Shown here: positions 1-7,225 of the stretch, piece by piece
Layout: each line of letters begins with the position of its first letter
Position numbering within the stretch: position 1 is the stretch's first letter
Virus record (IMG/VR): IMGVR_UViG_3300014201_000020
Location: 1 to 34,178 of that record
Source of the DNA: a virus
Taxonomy: Duplodnaviria; Caudoviricetes
DNA length: 34,178 nt
Reading direction: 5' to 3' (one strand)
Made by a program: the position numbers and the translations under genes
Notes under the pieces: generated by a model
The model's database searches: none
What the model saw: the letters and a program-made list of their open reading frames with translations, nothing else
What the model was told of the DNA's origin: nothing

Positions 1-119
1 GGGACGCCGACTGGGCCGCCGCCTGGGCCGCCGCCGCGCAGAAGAAACTGCAGCCTACCGTTGAGTGGTGCCAGACAAGCGCTGTGGATCTGGTGGAACG
101 GATGCTGGCGGTCAAATGA
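1..119 (+). CDS. 3' end of Ala/Trp-rich (AAW-repeat) phage protein, partial
   Basis: Frame 3 reads DADWAAAWAAAAQKKLQPTVEWCQTSAVDLVERMLAVK-stop; TGA at 117-119 overlaps the next ATG (ATGA). Confidence 0.6.
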   Translation, partial: DADWAAAWAAAAQKKLQPTVEWCQTSAVDLVERMLAVK

Positions 120-280
120 CCGCGCCAGCACGACAGCACTGGAGCCTCTCGCTGCGCAACGTCCCACCTGCCCCGACCACGATCCGCCGCACCTGCACGG
201 GGTGCCGGGTGCCCCGGGTGCTGCTCGGCGGCCGAAAGACGCCCACCGGGTGGAAGTGCGCGGGGTGCCTGGCATGCTGA
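116..280 (+). CDS. Small Zn-finger protein (CxxC...CxxC), 54 aa
   Basis: ATG at 116 coupled to the upstream stop; CTGC and CAGC motifs; overlaps the next gene. Confidence 0.55.
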   Translation: MTAPARQHWSLSLRNVPPAPTTIRRTCTGCRVPRVLLGGRKTPTGWKCAGCLAC

Positions 281-498
281 AGGCGCGCTATGGCGATCGG
301 AACCTCGTGATCGGCCTCTCCCGGGAGAACATCAGCCGGCTCCTCGCGGGCAAGCCGATACGCTTCGACCTGGCGGAGCTGAATCTGCCGGCCGGTACCG
401 TGGTGATCTTCTTCGGGGAGACCGAGCAGGCGATGCTCGAGGACTTGGAAAAGCACGGACTGGCGCCGGCCGCCTCCCGTGTGCCACCTGCCCTCTAA
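274..498 (+). CDS. Hypothetical phage protein, 74 aa
   Basis: MLKARYGDRNLVIGLSRENISRLLAGKPIRFDL... is globular-looking with high GC3; ATG at 274 is more plausible than the 61 start in the ORF track. Confidence 0.7.
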   Translation: MLKARYGDRNLVIGLSRENISRLLAGKPIRFDLAELNLPAGTVVIFFGETEQAMLEDLEKHGLAPAASRVPPAL

Positions 499-513
499 CG
501 TGCTCTGCCACCC

Positions 514-1140
514 GTGACCGACGAGACCTTCAACCCCTACGATATCTTGGGGCTCGACCCGTCCGCCTCCGAGGAGGAGATCAAGCAGGCTTTCAGGAAG
601 GCGGCGAAGGAGGCGCACCCGGACCGCGAGGGTGGCTCGGCCGAGCGCATGTCGCTCATCAACCAGGCCTACCAGCTCCTCTGCGACCCGGGCCGGCGAG
701 CGGCCTACGATGCCGGCCACGGCACCGCGCAGGTGATCCCGCTCGAGCGGCGGGCGAAGGACTTCCTGCTGCACCTGGCCGGCATGGTCATCCGGGCGCC
801 GCTGCACATCAACATGGTGGTCGCCCTCATGCAGGGCATCACGAACCAGCAGCAGGCGCTGAAGGAATCGCGGGTGAAGACCCTGGCTGAGATCGAGGGG
901 CTGCGCCAGCGGCTGCGCCGGCTAAAGGGTCCGCCTGAGAACTTCCTGGAGGACCTGATCAAGAACGAGATCGCCAAAGGCGAGGCGCTGCTGTTGACCT
1001 ACGATTCGGACGAGCTCGTGATGGTGAAGGCGCTGGAGATCCTGCGGGACTTCTCGTGGGAGGAGTACACGCACCCGGAAGGGGCCGCGCTCCTGCACGG
1101 CTACGGGCAGCGGGTGTGGCTCATCGGCCCGGTCAGCTGA
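514..1140 (+). CDS. J-domain (DnaJ-like, class C) co-chaperone with C-terminal coiled coil
   Basis: NPYDILGL...EIKQAFRKAAKEAHPDREGGS...INQAYQLLCDP.RRAAYD is a complete J-domain with HPD; no G/F region or Zn finger. Confidence 0.92.
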   Translation: MTDETFNPYDILGLDPSASEEEIKQAFRKAAKEAHPDREGGSAERMSLINQAYQLLCDPGRRAAYDAGHGTAQVIPLERRAKDFLLHLAGMVIRAPLHINMVVALMQGITNQQQALKESRVKTLAEIEGLRQRLRRLKGPPENFLEDLIKNEIAKGEALLLTYDSDELVMVKALEILRDFSWEEYTHPEGAALLHGYGQRVWLIGPVS

Positions 1141-1309
1141 CCTTGATGCTCCCGCCGCGCGTGGCCGGGTACACCGACTGATGAGACTTGTGGATCGCCT
1201 CGAGGAGCTTGACCTGGCGGGCCTGCAGGATCACCAGCTCCTCGAGCAGCGGGATGATCTTGCGATCATCCCGCTCCTCCTGGCGCTCCTCCCCGCGCCG
1301 CTCGCTCAC
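1133..1309 (-). CDS. Small protein (58 aa, absent from ORF track) ending YPATRGGSIKVS
   Basis: GTG at 1309 overlaps the stop of the upstream gene (GTGA); reads MSERRGEERQEERDDRKIIPLLEELVILQARQVKLLEAIHKSHQSVYPATRGGSIKVS with high GC3. Confidence 0.65.
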   Translation of the reverse strand: MSERRGEERQEERDDRKIIPLLEELVILQARQVKLLEAIHKSHQSVYPATRGGSIKVS

Positions 1310-1626
1310 GAGACGGTGATCGTGCCGCCGGTCGTGGCCTCAAACGTCGCCGGCTGCCCGCCGGTGCCGCTCTCGGTGACCGTGACCGGGGAGCCGATCG
1401 GGTTTCCGTTGGTGTCAAGGTCGGTGAAGGTGACGCTGGCCTCATTGGGGCCGGTGGCGCCGGTCAGGGTGGCTGACCAGGGGGTCGGGGTCTCTGAGCC
1501 GTTCAGCGACACGGCCGGCAGCACGGCGCCTGAGTTGTCGGTGACGACGGCCTGCGTGGAGGCGAAGGTGATGCCGGTCGGCAGCAGGGTGAGGGTTTTG
1601 ACGGCGGTTACAACGATTGTGGTCAC
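1306..1626 (-). CDS. Thr-rich all-beta (Ig-like) protein, 106 aa, possible virion accessory
   Basis: AGGAG RBS and GTG start overlapping the Rz stop; alternating T/V beta-strand pattern and a TDLDTNGNPIG turn motif. Confidence 0.7.
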   Translation of the reverse strand: MTTIVVTAVKTLTLLPTGITFASTQAVVTDNSGAVLPAVSLNGSETPTPWSATLTGATGPNEASVTFTDLDTNGNPIGSPVTVTESGTGGQPATFEATTGGTITVS

Positions 1627-2132
1627 GGGGGAGCTCCTGGCAGGTGTAGTTGAGGGGTCACTTGGGCTGAGAGGGCGTCGAGCCGGTCCGCGTTTCGGGC
1701 GCACTCGGCGGTAGCGTCTGCAAGTAGGCCTGGAGCCGGATCGCCGCTGCTCGCTCCGCCGGGGCCAGCAGCGCCTGATCCACCTTGGGCGGCTGGCATT
1801 GCAGGACCTGCGGCGGGGGCGGGGAGCGCGGCACGGTGGAGCAGGCGCTGATACAGGTCAGCATTGCGATCCCGATCAGCAGCGGTCTTGAGGTTCGCAT
1901 CGTTCAGGTCCTTGATGATGCCGGCGTTGCGGGCGTCCGTGTCTTGGAGGTCCTTCAGCTGCGCCTGGGTGGCCACGAGCGCCGCGGCGGCCGCCTGGGC
2001 CTTGCCCTGCCAGTCCTGGGCCTTCAGGTCCGCCAGGGCCTTCTTGGGCGCCAGGCCCCCCAGATGCCACCCACCTGCCACCAGGAGGGCTGCCACGAGC
2101 GCGTAAGCGGCGAGGCGCAGGTACAGGGTCAT
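1623..2132 (-). CDS. Rz-like inner-membrane spanin (i-spanin)
   Basis: N-terminal TM (LAAYALVAALLVAGGW), long coiled coil, C-terminal ECARNADRLDAL motif; downstream of the endolysin. Confidence 0.85.
   Translation of the reverse strand: MTLYLRLAAYALVAALLVAGGWHLGGLAPKKALADLKAQDWQGKAQAAAAALVATQAQLKDLQDTDARNAGIIKDLNDANLKTAADRDRNADLYQRLLHRAALPAPAAGPAMPAAQGGSGAAGPGGASSGDPAPGLLADATAECARNADRLDALSAQVTPQLHLPGAPP
1658..1900 (-). CDS. Rz1-like outer-membrane lipoprotein spanin (o-spanin), embedded in Rz
   Basis: Signal peptide with lipobox ISA-C, Pro-rich mature part with a second Cys; lies entirely within the Rz ORF in another frame, as in lambda. Confidence 0.85.
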   Translation of the reverse strand: MRTSRPLLIGIAMLTCISACSTVPRSPPPPQVLQCQPPKVDQALLAPAERAAAIRLQAYLQTLPPSAPETRTGSTPSQPK

Positions 2133-2521
2133 AAGTCAGCGCACGCGGGCAGGTTGTAGGGGCGGCCGGTGATCTGCTGGTACTCGGCCAGGAGGGGGGC
2201 GATCTTACTCCAGTAAAGCTGCCGGGCGACATCGTCCTTCGCCTCGCAGTGTTTGATCCGAAGGTCCAGCAGCTGGTTGTCGATCGTCTGAGCGCGGTTC
2301 TGGCGGATCTCGGTCACCACCTGCTTCATGTCGGTGGTCATCGCAAACCCCTGGCTCCAGGCCGGCACGATGCCGAAGGCGGTAATCGTGACCGCCAGCA
2401 CCCACAGCACCACGATGCTCACGGTCAGCCCCAGCCGCAGTTGGTAGCGATATTGCACTTCCGGATCCGCTGTGTGGTCTGGCACTAGGCCACCGAGGAT
2501 ACGCAAGAGCACCTCCATCAT
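2129..2521 (-). CDS. Membrane protein in lysis cassette (1 TM plus helical domain with two Cys); holin/antiholin candidate
   Basis: MMEVLLRILGG... TM LGLTVSIVVLWVLAVTITAFGIV, then a soluble domain with Cys in KHCE and PACA; the 2725 start in the track overlaps the 71-aa gene. Confidence 0.6.
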   Translation of the reverse strand: MMEVLLRILGGLVPDHTADPEVQYRYQLRLGLTVSIVVLWVLAVTITAFGIVPAWSQGFAMTTDMKQVVTEIRQNRAQTIDNQLLDLRIKHCEAKDDVARQLYWSKIAPLLAEYQQITGRPYNLPACADL

Positions 2522-2525
2522 GATG

Positions 2526-2741
2526 TCAGCGGGCGCCGCGAGGTTCAGGTTCTGCGTCCGGGATCTTCGAGTCCCGGATGAGGAGCCAATGGTAGATGGT
2601 GCCCAGCGTGGCGAACAGCGCCGCCCACGTGACGAAGGTCTCAGGTGCGGGATGCAGGAAGAGGTACACGGTCCCCGCCACCCACACCAGGGCGAACAGG
2701 ACCATGACGAACCAGTCCCCGGCACCCAGCGGGCCGTTCAT
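2526..2741 (-). CDS. Putative holin (2 TM, 71 aa)
   Basis: Two hydrophobic segments followed by a charged C-terminus (RDSKIPDAEPEPRGAR); between endolysin and spanins. Confidence 0.6.
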   Translation of the reverse strand: MNGPLGAGDWFVMVLFALVWVAGTVYLFLHPAPETFVTWAALFATLGTIYHWLLIRDSKIPDAEPEPRGAR

Positions 2742-2745
2742 GGGA

Positions 2746-2922
2746 TCAGACCAGGTGGCCGACCACGGCTCCTACGAGCGCGCCCACGGCGGCACACCCG
2801 ATGGCTAGGATCTTGTTGGCCTTGACGGACGCCTCGAGCTCCGCGACGTAGGCTTTCACGTCGGTCTCGGCGGTGGCGAGCTTGGATGCCGCGGCGGCTT
2901 TTAGGGTGGTGAGGGTGCTCAT
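2746..2922 (-). CDS. Small tail-anchored membrane protein (58 aa, ElaB/YqjD-like topology; absent from ORF track)
   Basis: MSTLTTLKAAAASKLATAETDVKAYVAELEASVKANKILAIGCAAVGALVGAVVGHLV; AGGAG upstream; fills the gap between endolysin and holin. Confidence 0.7.
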   Translation of the reverse strand: MSTLTTLKAAAASKLATAETDVKAYVAELEASVKANKILAIGCAAVGALVGAVVGHLV

Positions 2923-2934
2923 CGGAATCGACTC

Positions 2935-3378
2935 CTATGCCAGGGTCCCCCCGGCTTGGGTAAAGGCGCGGCGAAGGTCCGCCAGTTGGTTCTCGCGCTG
3001 TCCGTAGTTCGCCCCCGGAAGGGACGCCCAGCGGCTCGCGCAGCTTGCAACCGCATCATCGAAATTACCAGCCTCAACGTCCGCGGTGGCGTGGCACTCG
3101 TGAATCATCTGCACCGCGATCGCATCCTGGGAGGCTGGACCGAAGTCCGGCAGGTGCAACATCACCTTGTACGCATCAAACATGCGCTCGAGGATCTGGT
3201 ACCGGCCGGCAGCGGTGGACTTCAGTCCGTTGCCTAGGTCCACCAGCACCCGCGGGTGGTCAGCGAAGCTTGTGAAGAGCGTCCCCCCGACCAGCACGTT
3301 GTAGCCGTGATCGCCCAGCTCCTCGGTGCCCTCGCTTAACCCGATCATGGTGAGGAACGCTTGGAGGTTCGGGCTCAT
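2935..3378 (-). CDS. Endolysin, lambda R-type lytic transglycosylase
   Basis: MSPNLQAFLTMIGLSEGT (catalytic Glu), GYNVLVGG, DHPR, STAAGRYQ, DFGPASQD, WASLPGANYGQ are lambda R signatures; ATG at 3378 overlaps the tail-spike stop. Confidence 0.95.
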   Translation of the reverse strand: MSPNLQAFLTMIGLSEGTEELGDHGYNVLVGGTLFTSFADHPRVLVDLGNGLKSTAAGRYQILERMFDAYKVMLHLPDFGPASQDAIAVQMIHECHATADVEAGNFDDAVASCASRWASLPGANYGQRENQLADLRRAFTQAGGTLA

Positions 3379-6101
3379 CAGTTCGGCACCAAGCCCGTGC
3401 GGCTGGTCTCGTAGTACCCGCCGGCGCTGTTGCCGGTGAAAACGACCGCGTACTGGTTCCCGTTGGTGGGCACGGGGAAGGCCGCGCCGGTGAGCTTGTA
3501 CCCGGTCCCCGGGGTGATGGCGCCCAACGCCCCACCTGAGGTGTTGCTGATCACGATCGTGAACTGCACCCGAGCGCTCGGGGAGTTGATCGGGTTTGAG
3601 ATCGTAAAGGCGGTGTTGGCGGTGGCGACGATCAGGAAGTAGTTGCCCAGGGAGAGGTCGATCGTGACCGCATTCCCCGTTCCGGGCCACGAGGGCTGGT
3701 TCTGGATCACCGCACCGATCGGCAGCTCCACGATGTTGCCGTTGCCGCGGATGTTGAAGCGGGTCACGAAACCGGAGGTCTGCAGGGTGGCGTTATCCGC
3801 CGTCACGTTGTCGCGCAAATCCAGGTCGTGCATGTGACTGGAGGTCGCGACATTGGGTCCGGAGAAGTAGGCGACTTTCTGCCCGAGGCGCGACCGGGAG
3901 GTCTTCTCGTACACCCGGCCGGTGAGGCTGTTGTTATTTCCGACGATACCTACCGTGTTGGGCACGCTGCTGTTGAGGTTGGCGAAGCCGTTTTCCCGGA
4001 AGAGCACGCTGATGACCGAATTGGCGACATAGGCCAGGAGCGCCGGGCCGCCGTTGAGCTCCGCGACGATGTCGATCTTCCAGCCATCCCCCTGATACCC
4101 GAAGGCGCCGAAAGGGCCCCAGGAGGCGTAGTCACCCTGCGAGATACACGAGGACAGCCCGGAGGTGGTCGTCGGGAAGAAGTTCGCGTTGTAGTCAAAC
4201 CCACCCTGGAACCCTGCGACCGAGCGGTTGCCGATCGAGATGATGCGGTGCGTGGCCGCGCCGCCTGGGGCATTGCCCGCACCGGCCAACCACGGATAGC
4301 ACTTGAAGGTGGTCTCGCCGCACCCCCGGCCGCCGTTTCCAACCAGGGTCACCCCGTCGTATCCCATCGCGAGGATCGCGGCGAAGCCGTGGTCCTGGCA
4401 CTGATTGCCGTAGGCGAAGCAGGAGTACTCGATCGGGGACACGTTCCCGTTCAAAAACGCAATCGAGCCCCAGTTCCACCCGCCCTGCAGGCGGTTGTAC
4501 AGCGCCCGCACGTTGTTGCCGGTCTGCTGGCTTTGGAAGTTCTGGCCCTTGACGTTCTGGATCAGGGTGTTGTCCCCGGTGAGGTAGATAACCGGCCCCA
4601 CCTGGGCTTGCTGCTGCTGCAGCGCCGTGAGGGAGGCCCATTCCGTGTCGTTGACGGTCGGGGAGACGAAGCCTGCCGCGTTCGTGAAGGCAAGCGTTGA
4701 CAGAAGCGCCGAGCTCTGGTTGTACGTGATGTTGAAGAACGTATAGGTCTCGGTCGTGGGCAGGGTCAGGCCACCTGGGACCGGGTCCGAGAGCGTGATG
4801 AAGTTGCCGCTGACGCCTGTAACGACCGAGCCTGGCGCTAGCCCATAGCCCTGAGCCTCCATGCCCACCACGATCCCGATGGCCGTCGTGACAATGATGG
4901 TTGCCACAGTTGCTGTCGTGATGCTCCCCGCGGTGCTGGAAAGCGCGCCCGACCAGTTCGCGGTGGTGGTGCCGGTCACGGTGACCGTTCGGATCTCCCC
5001 ATCGGAGAAGGTGAAGCTGTACACCCCGTTGGTGATCGCCGCGTTCAGGGTGCCCGTGGTGGCGCCGGCGACCGAGCCGGTGAAGGTCTGGGTCCCGAGA
5101 AGCGTCGCGGTCGTGGTGAGCGTCGTTTCCACCCGGCGCTGCCACTTCAGGGGAGCCGTGATGTTCGCAATGAAGCAGTCCTTGACGGTGCTGCCAGATC
5201 CGGAACAGACCAGCAGATAGTTCTGGATGACCGAGGAGCCGTTGACCGTGGTGTCGCAGTAGAGCTGGCTGTTGTCCCCGTACCCTTGAATGATGACTTG
5301 GTTGGCCAGCGGGCTTGCAATGGTGCCCACTCCCGTCACGATCTTGAAGGCGAGCTCCGGCGGGATGATCACAAGACCGCACTTGCAGGCTGCCAGGAAG
5401 GCCGCGGAGTCATCGGTTGAGGGGATCGCGCCTGCAGGCCCTCCGGTCGCCCCGTACCGGCGCAGGTCGCCCCAGGTGTACTGGATGTTGGTCGGGGTGA
5501 CCCCCGCGGTCGCCTCCGCGGCGCTTTGCGGGAAGATGAGCGTGCCGACCGACCCGGAGGTGAGCGGCTGCACTGACACCAGCTGCCAGCGCGTGCCGTC
5601 GTACTCCAGGCGGTAGATACCCCCCGCAACGATGATGCCGGAGGTGAGCGCGGCGCCGGCGGAGGTCACGATCGCCACCGCTCCCGTGCCGTTGAGGTTA
5701 AACGTCGAGGCCCCGGTGTTGGTGTTGGCCGCGGCGAACTCGACCTTAAGGCCCGGGTAGAGCGAGGCGGACAGGCGCTGGTCGGTGATCGCGAAAGCAT
5801 TCACCGCACCGGCGTCCGGGATGTCCAGAAACGCGGTCGGATCGATCAGCTGCACAGGCGAGCGGGTCTTGTAGACCGCGCCATTGTACGAGTAGGTGAG
5901 GATGTACACCCCGTCCGGGGCGTAGAAGCTCACTTGGCCCGTGATGTCGGCGACCACGGTGGAGTTGGCGATCGGGGCGGCGGTGCCGTTGGTCTGGTAG
6001 ATCGTCGCAGCGCCGCCGGCAGGGTATGCGGTCACCTTGACGGTGGCGCCCAGGAGCGAGTTGCCGCTGTCATCCGTCAGGGTGTCGAAGAACTGCAGCA
6101 T
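3378..6101 (-). CDS. Tail spike/fibre (receptor-binding protein) with probable right-handed beta-helix
   Basis: N-terminal virion-anchor domain; DLRRYGATG...DDSAAFLAA beta-helix start motif; G/N/T-rich beta repeats; C-terminal TIDLSLGNYF domain. Confidence 0.88.
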   Translation of the reverse strand: MLQFFDTLTDDSGNSLLGATVKVTAYPAGGAATIYQTNGTAAPIANSTVVADITGQVSFYAPDGVYILTYSYNGAVYKTRSPVQLIDPTAFLDIPDAGAVNAFAITDQRLSASLYPGLKVEFAAANTNTGASTFNLNGTGAVAIVTSAGAALTSGIIVAGGIYRLEYDGTRWQLVSVQPLTSGSVGTLIFPQSAAEATAGVTPTNIQYTWGDLRRYGATGGPAGAIPSTDDSAAFLAACKCGLVIIPPELAFKIVTGVGTIASPLANQVIIQGYGDNSQLYCDTTVNGSSVIQNYLLVCSGSGSTVKDCFIANITAPLKWQRRVETTLTTTATLLGTQTFTGSVAGATTGTLNAAITNGVYSFTFSDGEIRTVTVTGTTTANWSGALSSTAGSITTATVATIIVTTAIGIVVGMEAQGYGLAPGSVVTGVSGNFITLSDPVPGGLTLPTTETYTFFNITYNQSSALLSTLAFTNAAGFVSPTVNDTEWASLTALQQQQAQVGPVIYLTGDNTLIQNVKGQNFQSQQTGNNVRALYNRLQGGWNWGSIAFLNGNVSPIEYSCFAYGNQCQDHGFAAILAMGYDGVTLVGNGGRGCGETTFKCYPWLAGAGNAPGGAATHRIISIGNRSVAGFQGGFDYNANFFPTTTSGLSSCISQGDYASWGPFGAFGYQGDGWKIDIVAELNGGPALLAYVANSVISVLFRENGFANLNSSVPNTVGIVGNNNSLTGRVYEKTSRSRLGQKVAYFSGPNVATSSHMHDLDLRDNVTADNATLQTSGFVTRFNIRGNGNIVELPIGAVIQNQPSWPGTGNAVTIDLSLGNYFLIVATANTAFTISNPINSPSARVQFTIVISNTSGGALGAITPGTGYKLTGAAFPVPTNGNQYAVVFTGNSAGGYYETSRTGLVPN

Positions 6102-6102
6102 G

Positions 6103-7209
6103 TTAGCCGAGCCTCGTGATGGTCATCGCGGACCCCGCGTTCAGCTGGGTCGCATTGGCGCTGGAGGAGTTTTGGGCAAAGAGCACCAGGATCTGCCCCG
6201 AGAGCGCGGTGGAGAGGATGTAGTCCATGGTCACCGCATCCCCGTTGGTGCTGGAGATCGCAGCGGCCGCAATGCCGCTGGATCCCACCGAGTCGTAGGT
6301 CGCAGCCGCCGTCCCGTTCGCGCTCACCACCCCGGTACCGTTCCCGTTGCCCGCGCTCGTGCCGTTGTAGGCGAGGCCCACCTTGTAGCCCTGGCCGGTG
6401 CCTGAGATCCCGAGCATCTGCAGGCGCACGCGGATGAGGTAGGTCCCACCGGCGCCTAAGGTCGCGGTGAGGGCGGTCACCTGGGTGAGCACGGTGCTCG
6501 AGGCGACCTGCTGGGCGGTGGAGGTGACGAGGATCTGCTCCACGCCGAGGGGGTAGTAGCGCAGCCACCGGCCCGCGGTGATCGTGCTCAAGGACGTGGG
6601 CTTCAGGATCGTTCGGCCATCGTCCGTGGCGGTGGAGGTCGGGGACCAGTAGAAAAAGCCGCCCAAGCCGTCCCCGACCGAGGAACCGCCCTGCACCTCG
6701 ATGCTCAAGGTCTGCCCGGTCACCAGCACCGGCGCGTTGGCCGCTCTCACATCCGAGAGCACGTCGTAGGACTTCACCGCGTTCGCCACCAAATCCACCC
6801 CTGCCACAGGGCCGGTGCCCGCGGTGTTGGAGCTTGCGGCTGAGGCCAGCAGCGCCTGCAGGGAGTTGGTCGCGTTGGTGAGGTCGTTCAGCGCCGGCAC
6901 GTTGTCCAGGAAGAACAACTGATTGCCCGAGGAGTCCGTCACGATCAGCTGCACCACCGTGCCGCCGGGTACCCAGAAGGCCACCGGTGCGCCGCTCGCC
7001 GACACCGGCGTTCCGGTGGAGGAGAGCGTCAGCGGGTTCGGGTTGGTGACAAGCCCCGAGGAGCTGCTGTAGGTGGTCACCGGGGTACCGACCGAGCCGC
7101 CCACGTTGGTGGTCAGCTGCCCGCCGGCCGCCGCCTGCAGCACCCCCAGCGCCGACAGGTACTGCAGGATCAGGGAGATGCCGGACATGTAGTACGTCGT
7201 AGTGGCCAT
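6103..7209 (-). CDS. Second tail spike/fibre-like structural protein
   Basis: N-terminal anchor motif (TPVTTYS...NPNPLTL...LIVTDSSGNQLFFLDNV), GDGLGGFFYW...DDGRTI...GRWLR module typical of tail spikes, C-terminal jelly-roll-like domain. Confidence 0.82.
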   Translation of the reverse strand: MATTTYYMSGISLILQYLSALGVLQAAAGGQLTTNVGGSVGTPVTTYSSSSGLVTNPNPLTLSSTGTPVSASGAPVAFWVPGGTVVQLIVTDSSGNQLFFLDNVPALNDLTNATNSLQALLASAASSNTAGTGPVAGVDLVANAVKSYDVLSDVRAANAPVLVTGQTLSIEVQGGSSVGDGLGGFFYWSPTSTATDDGRTILKPTSLSTITAGRWLRYYPLGVEQILVTSTAQQVASSTVLTQVTALTATLGAGGTYLIRVRLQMLGISGTGQGYKVGLAYNGTSAGNGNGTGVVSANGTAAATYDSVGSSGIAAAAISSTNGDAVTMDYILSTALSGQILVLFAQNSSSANATQLNAGSAMTITRLG

Positions 7210-7225
7210 GGGCTACCTGCGCTGC

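Noticed and set aside
1658-1900. Fully nested gene inside Rz as a novelty
   Set aside because: This is the well-known lambda-type embedded Rz/Rz1 arrangement; reported as a feature only.
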